Shown here: one piece after another, positions 1-7,258 of the stretch | Numbering within the stretch: the stretch's first letter is position 1 | Layout: each line of letters starts with the position of its first letter | Notes under the pieces: generated by a model | Databases searched by the model: none | Seen by the model: only the letters and a program-made list of their open reading frames with translations | What the model was told of the DNA's origin: nothing | IMG/VR virus record: IMGVR_UViG_3300037311_000517 | Location: 1-46,925 of that record | Direction: 5' to 3' (one strand) | DNA: 46,925 nt | Source of the DNA: a virus | Lineage: Duplodnaviria; Caudoviricetes | Made by a program: the position numbers and the translations under genes

Positions 1-741
1 TCATTCGAGCCGCTCGAAGCGGCTTTTCACGCACACCCTGCCGCCGATGACTAGGGATCGTGGAGCGGGGAAGGCGGCGTAGTCGGGATTGACGCTGCAC
101 ACGTAGAGCGCATCGCCGCGATCCTGCAACAGCTTGATTTGCTGGCCGTGACCGCTGTTAATCAGGTAGATGCCATCGCCCTGGTAGGCGGTGATCCCTG
201 TGTCCACAATCAGGGTGTCGCCGGGCATGATCTTGGGCGCCATCGACTCGCCCCGGCCGGTGATGATGCGCAGCCGTCCGGCCGGCGGGACATAGCCGAA
301 CAGGTTGCGCAGATAGCTCGCCGCAATGTCGATCGAGCCTATGATTTCAGGGTAATCCGAGTTGATGACGCCTTCGCCCATTGCTGCTGTCGCATCTAAC
401 TGTGAGACACGAACGTAGGCCCCGTGCGTCTCAGTGGCTGCGATGGAAACGTGTCCGGTACGCGCTTCCGCCTGGGGGGAAGGAAGCTGTTGTTCAGGTA
501 GGTCGGTGCGGATCGCCGAAGGGTCGATGTCCAGTTCGCGGCAGAGCAGGACCAGCGTCTTGAAGCTGATCTTGTTCCGGCCGCTGAGGTAGTGATTGAC
601 CGCGCCCTGGGTGATGCCAAGGGCGTCGGCCAGTTGCGCCTGCGACGGTTTCCTCCCGCGCGCCTCCCAGTGATCGCGCAGACGCTGCGCAGCGGCGATG
701 TCTTCTGGAGTCGGCTTCGAGGCGCGTGAGGAGGTGTTCAT
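1..741 (-). CDS. cI: CI-like phage repressor (XRE HTH + S24 autopeptidase)
   Basis: HTH SQAQLADALGITQGAVNHYLSG; catalytic Ser motif GESMAP and Lys motif QIKLL; divergent from a cro-like gene. Confidence 0.93.
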   Translation of the reverse strand: MNTSSRASKPTPEDIAAAQRLRDHWEARGRKPSQAQLADALGITQGAVNHYLSGRNKISFKTLVLLCRELDIDPSAIRTDLPEQQLPSPQAEARTGHVSIAATETHGAYVRVSQLDATAAMGEGVINSDYPEIIGSIDIAASYLRNLFGYVPPAGRLRIITGRGESMAPKIMPGDTLIVDTGITAYQGDGIYLINSGHGQQIKLLQDRGDALYVCSVNPDYAAFPAPRSLVIGGRVCVKSRFERLE

Positions 742-820
742 ATGACCGATACTATTACGTGAGTCGATATTAAGTCAATACGGGCATTGACGAAAAAGAT
801 ACGGGTTGTAATCTGTCGGC
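742..820. promoter_or_regulatory. Divergent cI/cro promoter-operator region
   Basis: AT-rich. Inverted repeat GTCAAT-N6-ATTGAC (774-791) gives back-to-back -35 boxes. Rightward TTGACG(787)-16nt-TAATCT(809); leftward TTGACT(778)-18nt-TAGTAT(754). ATACGGG direct repeats at 778 and 799. Confidence 0.75.
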
Positions 821-1288
821 ATGAAAAGCCTTGCCGACTACCGCCGTTCCCTCGGGCTGACCCAAGCCCAATTCGCCGCCCTGCTCGCCGAGGCCGGCTG
901 CCCCTGTACGCAGGGACTGGTATCGCATTGGGAGCGGGGTGCCGTGGCGATCACGCCGCTGCGCGCGCGCCAGATCGAGGCGGCGACCGGCGGGGCGCTG
1001 CGCAAGGAAACGCTGGTGTTCTTCGACGGCCCGGATTGGACCGATCGCGCGGATGACCTGTTGCAGCGTTTCGCGTCGGGCCGGACGACGCCGTGGTCCG
1101 GGGAGGCGTTTCTGACCTGGGCGCGCATGCAGGGGCTGGGTGATCCACCGAGCGACTGTGCGTTGGAGCGGCTGCTGCGCGATGCGATCCGGCGCGGAGA
1201 ATTGGTGGCGATGCGGGTCAAGCGACCGGGCGCGCGCAAGCCGGCCGCGACTCTGTATGTGACGCCCTCGCTGGTGGAGGGTGTGTGA
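821..1288 (+). CDS. Cro-like HTH regulator with an extra C-terminal domain
   Basis: N-terminal HTH LTQAQFAALL...TQGLVSHWERG...IEAATGG, divergent from cI; about 85 extra C-terminal residues. Confidence 0.85.
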   Translation: MKSLADYRRSLGLTQAQFAALLAEAGCPCTQGLVSHWERGAVAITPLRARQIEAATGGALRKETLVFFDGPDWTDRADDLLQRFASGRTTPWSGEAFLTWARMQGLGDPPSDCALERLLRDAIRRGELVAMRVKRPGARKPAATLYVTPSLVEGV

Positions 1289-1395
1289 TGTACGGCCGGG
1301 TCTTGCCATCGCTCGCATGCATGACCGCATCAACTGCTGGACGCCAGCGGGTCGAATCTGTTGCCGTGCCTGCATGGGTGGAGCGTGCGGCATGA
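1288..1395 (+). CDS. Small 35-aa ORF translationally coupled between cro and the replication gene
   Basis: TGATG overlap with the cro stop and ATGA overlap with the replication gene start; MYGRVLPSLACMTASTAGRQRVESVAVPAWVERAA. Confidence 0.5.
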   Translation: MYGRVLPSLACMTASTAGRQRVESVAVPAWVERAA

Positions 1396-2480
1396 GCTTC
1401 GCCAAACTCGATAGCGGCATCGTCAACAGCACGCTCTGGGTGCAGCCGGACGACGTGCTGCGCGTGTGGATCTGGATGTTGTCCCAGGCGGACGCGAATG
1501 GCGTCGTCCGCGTGGCCGCGCCTGCGCTTGCGATGAACTGCATGAAATCGGTGGATCGCATCCGCGAAATCCTGACCCTGCTGGAGTCGCCGGACCCCGA
1601 TTCGCGTTCGGAAAACGACGAAGGGCGCCGATTGCGCAAGGTCAGCGGCGGGTGGCAGATCATCAACTATCGCGCCTACCGTGCGGGAGAGGGCGATAGG
1701 GGCAACGCCGGGCTCGATGCCGAGGGCTACATCTACTACATCGGCGATACGGAGGCGGGAACGGTGAAGATCGCGTTCAGCAAGAATCCGTGGTCGCGGC
1801 TCTCCGATCTTCGTGCCACGCATCCGAACATCGAACTGTTGGCCGTCGAGAAAGGGACCGGGCGCGACGAAAAGAAACGCCATTCCGAATTCGCCACGCT
1901 GCGCACCAAGGGCGAATGGTTCAGACGTTCGCCAGAACTCGATAGCCTCATCGCCGCGCTTGGACGCCCAGGAAAGGAAAAGCCTGGGGCCACTGGCGGA
2001 CTACGGGTCGCTACGGGTAGCGACGGCGTAGATACGGGTCGCGCTACGAAAGAAGCAGAGGCAGAAGCAGAGGTAGAAGAAAATCAAGAGCAGGGAAGTG
2101 CATCGCCTGACGGCGACGCTCCCCCCGCGCCCGCCAACGATCCGCAAAGCGCAGCGTCGCCTTCGGCGGATCGCATTCCCTACCAAGCCATCATGGACGC
2201 CTACAACGCCACGATGACGGGATTGGCGAAGGCGCGGGAACTGTCGCCCAAGCGTCGCGCACTGATCCGTTCGGCGTGGCAGGCGTCGGCCCAACGGCGC
2301 AGCGTGAAGTTCTGGCAGGCGTATTTCGACGAGTGCCAGGACGATCGGTTCAACAACGGCACCGGGCCGTACAAGCCGCCGCACGAGGACTGGCGGCCGA
2401 CGTTCGACTACCTGCTGCGCGAGGATGTGGTGACGAAGATTTTTGAGGCGGCGATGGATCGCATGGAGCGTGGCGAGTGA
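1392..2480 (+). CDS. Phage replication initiator (O-like) with an internal GIY-YIG (T5orf172-type) domain
   Basis: Lies between cro and dnaB; start MSFAKLDSGI with GGAG RBS; N-terminal region ending GGWQIINY; YIYYI...VKIAFSKNPWSRL...GEWF; EAEAEA linker; C-terminal W.PTFDYLL motif. Confidence 0.8.
   Translation: MSFAKLDSGIVNSTLWVQPDDVLRVWIWMLSQADANGVVRVAAPALAMNCMKSVDRIREILTLLESPDPDSRSENDEGRRLRKVSGGWQIINYRAYRAGEGDRGNAGLDAEGYIYYIGDTEAGTVKIAFSKNPWSRLSDLRATHPNIELLAVEKGTGRDEKKRHSEFATLRTKGEWFRRSPELDSLIAALGRPGKEKPGATGGLRVATGSDGVDTGRATKEAEAEAEVEENQEQGSASPDGDAPPAPANDPQSAASPSADRIPYQAIMDAYNATMTGLAKARELSPKRRALIRSAWQASAQRRSVKFWQAYFDECQDDRFNNGTGPYKPPHEDWRPTFDYLLREDVVTKIFEAAMDRMERGE
2001..2083. repeat. Putative replication origin: iterons plus purine-rich tract inside the initiator gene
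   Basis: TACGGGT at 2002, 2012 and 2033, partial CTACG at 2044, then strand-biased AGAAGCAGAGG repeats; same position as lambda ori inside gene O. Confidence 0.6.
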
Positions 2481-3949
2481 ACGCCCGATCGCGTGCCCAC
2501 GACGACAGCCGCCTGGAGCAGTGGCGCGTGCCGCCGCAGTCCATCGAGGCCGAGCAGGCGGTGCTGGGCGGGCTGATGCTTGCGCCGGATGCGTTGACGC
2601 AGATCGCCGACTGGATCAAGGCGGAGGACTTCTACCGGCGCGATCACCAACTGATCTATCGCGCGATCGGCGAGCTTGCGCAGCAGCGCACGCCCTACGA
2701 CGCGGTGACACTGGGCGAGTGGTTCGAGGCGCAGGGGCTGGTCGAACAGGTGGCCGGCGGCGCGTATCTCGTCGAGTTGGCCAGCACCACGCCCTCGGCG
2801 GCCAACATCGTCGCCTACGCCGAAATCGTCGCCGACAAGGCCAAGTTGCGGCAGTTGATCGACCTGGGTTCGATTATCGTCAACGCCGGCTTCCAGCCCG
2901 AAGGCCGGGACACACGCGACCTGATCGCCGAAGCGCAGCACGCCATCGCGCGCCTCGCAGGCCATCCGCGCGCGGGTGGCGTGAAGGCGATGCCGGAGGT
3001 GGCGCAACGCTGGTTCGCGGACTTGCAGCGCCGCTACGACCAGAAGGGCGGGCTGTGTGGCCTTGCGACGCCGTGGGCAAAATTCAACGCGATGACCGGC
3101 GGGCTGATGCCGGGCGACCTGATCGTTCTCGCGGGTAGGCCGGGCATGGGCAAGAGCGGCGTCGCGATCAACATCGCCACGGCGAATGCCCTGAGCGGCA
3201 AGCGCGTGCTGTTCTTCAATCTCGAAATGACCGATGTCAGCATCTTCAACCGCTGCATCTCGTCGATCATGGACGTGCCGTTGCAGTGGTTGCGGCAACC
3301 GGCCGACGACACGGCCGAGAGCGAGACGTATTGGGCGCGCGTGGCCGAGGGTGTGCGACGCATGCGCGGCGCCGGCCTGATGATCGACGACACGCCGTCG
3401 CTGAGGTGCGAACAGATCGTGGCGCGCGCGCGCCGTGAACACCTGCACCAGCCGGTCGATCTGATCGTCGTGGATCACTTGCACCTGATGCCGTTGCCGG
3501 GCCAGACCCGCGAGACGGTGGAGATCGGCGCGATCACGCGCGACCTGAAAGCCCTCGGCAAAGAACTGGGCTGCCCGGTGATCCTGCTGGCGCAGTTGAA
3601 CCGCGGCGTCGAGGCGCGTCCGAACAAGCGCCCGGTCATGCGCGATCTGCGCGAGTCGGGGAGCATCGAGCAGGATGCAGACCTGATCGTGTTCGTCTAC
3701 CGCGACGACTACTACGCCGAGCAGGAAGGCCGCGAGAGCGAATTCCCCGGCCTGATCGAAATCAACATCGCCAAGCAGCGCGAAGGCGTGACCGGGCGCG
3801 TTTGGGGGCGCAGTCGGCTGGACGTGGGCCGCATCGACGACTGCGACGATCCGCCGAGCCTGATGCCGGCCTCTCCCTCACACCGACCGACGCGCGCGAC
3901 CAAGACCCGCGCGCGCTGGGGCATGTACGCGCAGGAAGACCACCGATGA
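2477..3949 (+). CDS. dnaB: Replicative DNA helicase DnaB-like
   Basis: PPQSIEAEQAVLG N-terminus; Walker A GRPGMGKS; IVVDHLHLM; LAQLNR; DLRESGSIEQDAD; AKQREG. Confidence 0.97.
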   Translation: MNARSRAHDDSRLEQWRVPPQSIEAEQAVLGGLMLAPDALTQIADWIKAEDFYRRDHQLIYRAIGELAQQRTPYDAVTLGEWFEAQGLVEQVAGGAYLVELASTTPSAANIVAYAEIVADKAKLRQLIDLGSIIVNAGFQPEGRDTRDLIAEAQHAIARLAGHPRAGGVKAMPEVAQRWFADLQRRYDQKGGLCGLATPWAKFNAMTGGLMPGDLIVLAGRPGMGKSGVAINIATANALSGKRVLFFNLEMTDVSIFNRCISSIMDVPLQWLRQPADDTAESETYWARVAEGVRRMRGAGLMIDDTPSLRCEQIVARARREHLHQPVDLIVVDHLHLMPLPGQTRETVEIGAITRDLKALGKELGCPVILLAQLNRGVEARPNKRPVMRDLRESGSIEQDADLIVFVYRDDYYAEQEGRESEFPGLIEINIAKQREGVTGRVWGRSRLDVGRIDDCDDPPSLMPASPSHRPTRATKTRARWGMYAQEDHR

Positions 3950-4020
3950 CGGCCCTGCGTTCCATCGACACACGCGCCGTTGCGGCGCAGACACCGCATT
4001 TTCAGGAGATTGCACCATGA
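3946..4020 (+). CDS. Possible 24-aa coupling ORF between dnaB and Q
   Basis: ATGA overlaps at both ends (MTALRSIDTRAVAAQTPHFQEIAP). Confidence 0.3.
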   Translation: MTALRSIDTRAVAAQTPHFQEIAP

Positions 4021-4733
4021 CCGATGTGCGCCGGATGCTCGCGCGCCTCAATCCCGCCACGTCTCGCCTGGAGGCGGGCCACGGCGGCGGATGCGAGTTG
4101 ACCCCGCAGGACGTGGCGGCGGCGCTGGCGTTCGTACCGGCGGGCCTGGGCCGCGAGGTGCTATGCGCGCTGTGGTGGCCCGAGGGCGCGCGCCTGAGCC
4201 GCGAGGCGTTGCACGAGGCCATCGCCGACCGGCAGCGCGCGGAGTTCGCGCGGCGCCGTCAGGTGCTGGAAGTCGCGCAACTGGAACTGCACTGTGCGGA
4301 GGAAGCGGCCTTCATCACGAACCGCGTCTCGACCGACACGCGCGTGCGGATCGCGGGCTTGCGTGCGAAGGCGGCGGTGGCGAAGGACGCGGTGTGGCCG
4401 TGGCGCCCGGAAATGCATGTCGTCATCCGGCGCGCGGTGCTGGACGAGTTGGCACGGCCGAATCTGTGCCCGGACTGCGGCGGTGCCGGCGAGATGATGC
4501 TGGAGGCACTGCGCATTACCTGCGAAACCTGCGAGGGACGCGGCGTGCTGCCGGTGTCCGATCGCGCGCGCGCCGCACGCATCGACCGCGACGAGGCGGC
4601 CTATCGGCGCACATGGCGGCCGATGTACGAATGGTTGCTGCGACTGCTGTCCGATGCCGAGGCGCAGGCGCGTCGCGAACTGGCGGCGGCGCTGCGCACC
4701 TGTGATGAGGTCGCACCCGTGCCGCGCGCCTGA
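4017..4733 (+). CDS. Late antitermination protein Q-like
   Basis: LTPQDVAAALA motif; zinc finger CPDCGGAG...CETCEGRG; C-terminal HTH-like RAARIDRDEAAYRRTW; last gene before the late region; CAGGAG RBS. Confidence 0.8.
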   Translation: MTDVRRMLARLNPATSRLEAGHGGGCELTPQDVAAALAFVPAGLGREVLCALWWPEGARLSREALHEAIADRQRAEFARRRQVLEVAQLELHCAEEAAFITNRVSTDTRVRIAGLRAKAAVAKDAVWPWRPEMHVVIRRAVLDELARPNLCPDCGGAGEMMLEALRITCETCEGRGVLPVSDRARAARIDRDEAAYRRTWRPMYEWLLRLLSDAEAQARRELAAALRTCDEVAPVPRA

Positions 4734-4751
4734 TGACGAGGGCGATGCGCG

Positions 4752-4772
4752 TGCGGAGGTGATGCCTCCGCA
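4752..4772. promoter_or_regulatory. Inverted repeat in the putative late promoter / qut region
   Basis: TGCGGAGG-TGATG-CCTCCGCA, perfect 8-bp stem between Q and the tRNA-like gene. Confidence 0.4.
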
Positions 4773-4814
4773 AGAAAACCGGATTCTGGTTACACGCGGA
4801 GTTGCTGCCGCGAT

Positions 4815-4887
4815 CGCGGGGTGAGGAGTGGTCCGGCTTGGGCTTCATCCGCCCAAGACGCCGGTTCGACTCCGGCCCCCGCTACCA
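4815..4887 (+). tRNA. Atypical tRNA-fMet-like gene (CAT anticodon), possibly pseudo or decoy
   Basis: Acceptor CGCGGGG/CCCCGCT with C1:U72 mismatch, A73 and encoded CCA; T-arm GCCGG-TTCGACT-CCGGC; anticodon arm TGGGC-TTCATCC-GCCCA; weak, short D-arm. Confidence 0.75.
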
Positions 4888-4898
4888 CTTGCCCTACG

Positions 4899-4924
4899 AC
4901 GCCCGCACATGCGGGCGTTTTCGT
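4899..4924 (+). terminator. Intrinsic terminator after the tRNA-like gene (tR'-like)
   Basis: ACGCCCGC-ACAT-GCGGGCGT followed by TTTCGT. Confidence 0.7.
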
Positions 4925-4959
4925 GTCCGCTGCACGCGGCACGACCACCAGGATTCGCC

Positions 4960-5256
4960 ATGACCAGGACCGACCCGCATGAGCTGCACACCCTGTCGCC
5001 GACCGATCCAGCGCCCGAACCTGCCGCGTCCACCGTCGTCGCCGACGCCGGCATCGACGCCTCCGGCGACGCCCGCGCCGAACCCGCCGCCATCGCAGAT
5101 CCCGACGACGCCCCCGTGAGCCTCGCGATGCGCGTGTTGGCGTGGCTGCCGTTGCGGCTGTGGACCGATTGCGGCGTGTGCCTGTTCTGGCGCGGCGCCG
5201 TGGTCGGTTCGGTTGCGACAGGCGCGCTTGCGCTGGTGGTGTCGGCGCTGCTGTGA
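4960..5256 (+). CDS. Small membrane protein (acidic N-terminus, CxxC, C-terminal hydrophobic helix); possible holin-related
   Basis: AGGA RBS; hydrophobic C-terminus; GTGA overlap with terS. Confidence 0.6.
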   Translation: MTRTDPHELHTLSPTDPAPEPAASTVVADAGIDASGDARAEPAAIADPDDAPVSLAMRVLAWLPLRLWTDCGVCLFWRGAVVGSVATGALALVVSALL

Positions 5257-5807
5257 ACGCAAGCCAAGACCCGCGCGGCAAACGCAAGCGCAAGCCTGCG
5301 AAACCACGCGTCGAGGTGGCACCGTTGGCGGAGCCGCTGCCGTCGTCCGTATCGCTGACGACGCAGGCGCGGCGCGACTGGGATTTGGACGACGTGTGCG
5401 AACGCATCGCCGCAGGCGAGACCTACACCGTCATCGCAGCGGATTACGGCAAGAGCCAGGGCGCGCTGTCGCTGTGGCTGGCGGCAGAAACTAATCGTTC
5501 CGCGCGCGCGCGCGAGGCGGCTGCGATGGCCGGGCGGTTCTGGGACGAAGCGGCGGAAGCTGGGATTCGGGCGGCGACCGACGTGCTGGGGCTTGCGAAA
5601 GCCCGCGAATTGGCGCAACACCTCCGCTGGCGGGCGTCCAAACTCAGTCCCGCCTACGCCGACCGCAGCAAGGTCGAGGTCGGCGGCGCGGTGGGCGTGT
5701 TCGACGCGGCGCAGGCGCTGACCCCGGAGCAGTTGCAGCGGGTCGCGCAGGCGGTGCTGGAGGGCTTACCCCAGGACGGAGCCTCCGGTGACGGCGGGGG
5801 CGCGTAA
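5253..5807 (+). CDS. terS: Terminase small subunit (Sf6-like)
   Basis: DDVCERIAAGET...IAADYG HTH; ARARE; LRWRASKLSPAYADR motif; directly upstream of terL. Confidence 0.85.
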   Translation: MNASQDPRGKRKRKPAKPRVEVAPLAEPLPSSVSLTTQARRDWDLDDVCERIAAGETYTVIAADYGKSQGALSLWLAAETNRSARAREAAAMAGRFWDEAAEAGIRAATDVLGLAKARELAQHLRWRASKLSPAYADRSKVEVGGAVGVFDAAQALTPEQLQRVAQAVLEGLPQDGASGDGGGA

Positions 5808-7251
5808 CGCGCAGATCGCGGCGCTGCTGACGGCCGCGCGCGACAACCTGCTGGCCTACTGCTGCGCGGTCGATCCCAAGTACATCCCCTACGCTTGGCA
5901 CAAGTACCTGTGCCGGCGGTTGGAGGCGGCGATCCGGCGCGGTCGCGCCCGTTTGCTCATCTTTGCCCCGCCCCAGCATGGGAAAAGCGCGCTCGTCAGT
6001 TGCAAATTGCCCGCCTGGGTGATGGGGCGGCACCCCGACTGGCCGGTGATTGCGGCGAGCTACGGCGTCGATCTGGCGGAACGTAACGGCAAGGCCGTGC
6101 GCGATTTGATCGGCTCGCCGATCCACGGCGCGATCTTCCCGGCATCGCGCTTAGACGGCAGTAGCACGGCCAAAACCGACTTCCAGACCACGGCCGGCGG
6201 CCAGTATTACGGCACGACGGTCATGGGTGGCGGTACAGGCTTCTCGTCCAAGCTGTTCGTGGTCGATGATCCGTTCAAGTCGCGCGCCGAAGCCGATTCG
6301 GAAGTTGTGCGCGAGCGGGTGAAGGACTGGTATCGCTCCGTCGTCTACTCGCGTCTCGCCGAAGACGCGGTGCTGATCCTCATGCACACGCGCTGGCACG
6401 AAGATGACTTGGCCGGATGGTTGCTGCGCGAACACGCGCACGAGGACTGGGAGGTCATCAATCTGCCGGCGCTGGCCCTGGAGAACGATCCGCTGGGGCG
6501 TGAAGTGGGGCAGGCGCTGTGCCCGGAGCGGTATTCCGAGGCCGCGCTGGAACTCAAGCGCATCGCCAGCGGTTCCCGTGACTGGGAGGCGCTCTACATG
6601 CAGCGTCCCGTCGCCGGCACGGGCGGGTTCTTCAAGCGCGCGTGGCTGCGCGAGTACGACAGCATCCCGATCACCATCGCCCGGCCGATGAACCGCTATC
6701 TGCTGGTCGATCCGGCCGGCAGCAAGGCGAAGCGGTCGGATTTCACGGCGGTCGTGGTGGTCGGTCTGAACACCGATGGCCGCTATTACCTGCTGGACGC
6801 GGTGCGCGACAAGCTCAACCTGCGCGAACGCGCGGCGCTGGTGATTCGCATGCACCGCAAATGGAAGCCGCACAAGGTTGGGTACGAGAAGTACGGCAAG
6901 GACGCGGACATCGAACACTTGACGGTCGCGATGGAGGCGGAGAACTACCGTTTCACGGTCCACGAACTCGGCGGGCAGATGTCCAAAGAGGCGCGGATCA
7001 AGCGGCTGGAGCCGGATTTCGAGAACGGTCGCTGGTGGTTGCCGCGCACGCTGCCCAAGGCGCTGCACGACGGCAAGCCGGTGGACGTGATCGAGCGGTT
7101 CGTCAACGAGGAATACCTCACGTTCCCGGCCGGCGTCCACGACGACATGCTCGACAGCATGGCGCGCATCTACGACATCCAAGCCGTGTTCCCCAAGGGC
7201 ACCGGCAGCGTGCGCCGCGCGTCGGCGTCGGATTCCAATTTCGCGTGGTGA
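5788..7251 (+). CDS. terL: Terminase large subunit
   Basis: Walker A PPQHGKS; Walker B VVDDPFK; HTRWHEDD; nuclease motifs VDPA...SDFTA and HDDMLD. Confidence 0.96.
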   Translation: MTAGARNAQIAALLTAARDNLLAYCCAVDPKYIPYAWHKYLCRRLEAAIRRGRARLLIFAPPQHGKSALVSCKLPAWVMGRHPDWPVIAASYGVDLAERNGKAVRDLIGSPIHGAIFPASRLDGSSTAKTDFQTTAGGQYYGTTVMGGGTGFSSKLFVVDDPFKSRAEADSEVVRERVKDWYRSVVYSRLAEDAVLILMHTRWHEDDLAGWLLREHAHEDWEVINLPALALENDPLGREVGQALCPERYSEAALELKRIASGSRDWEALYMQRPVAGTGGFFKRAWLREYDSIPITIARPMNRYLLVDPAGSKAKRSDFTAVVVVGLNTDGRYYLLDAVRDKLNLRERAALVIRMHRKWKPHKVGYEKYGKDADIEHLTVAMEAENYRFTVHELGGQMSKEARIKRLEPDFENGRWWLPRTLPKALHDGKPVDVIERFVNEEYLTFPAGVHDDMLDSMARIYDIQAVFPKGTGSVRRASASDSNFAW

Positions 7252-7258
7252 ACCGACC

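Noticed and set aside
4843-4851. Opal-suppressor or selenocysteine tRNA reading (TCA anticodon)
   Set aside because: Needs a 9-nt loop; there is no long variable arm or extended acceptor stem; the body is fMet-like. Kept only as a remark in the tRNA finding.
2477-7251. Inteins or introns in dnaB or terL
   Set aside because: Both have ordinary lengths with contiguous motifs and no splice-junction signatures.
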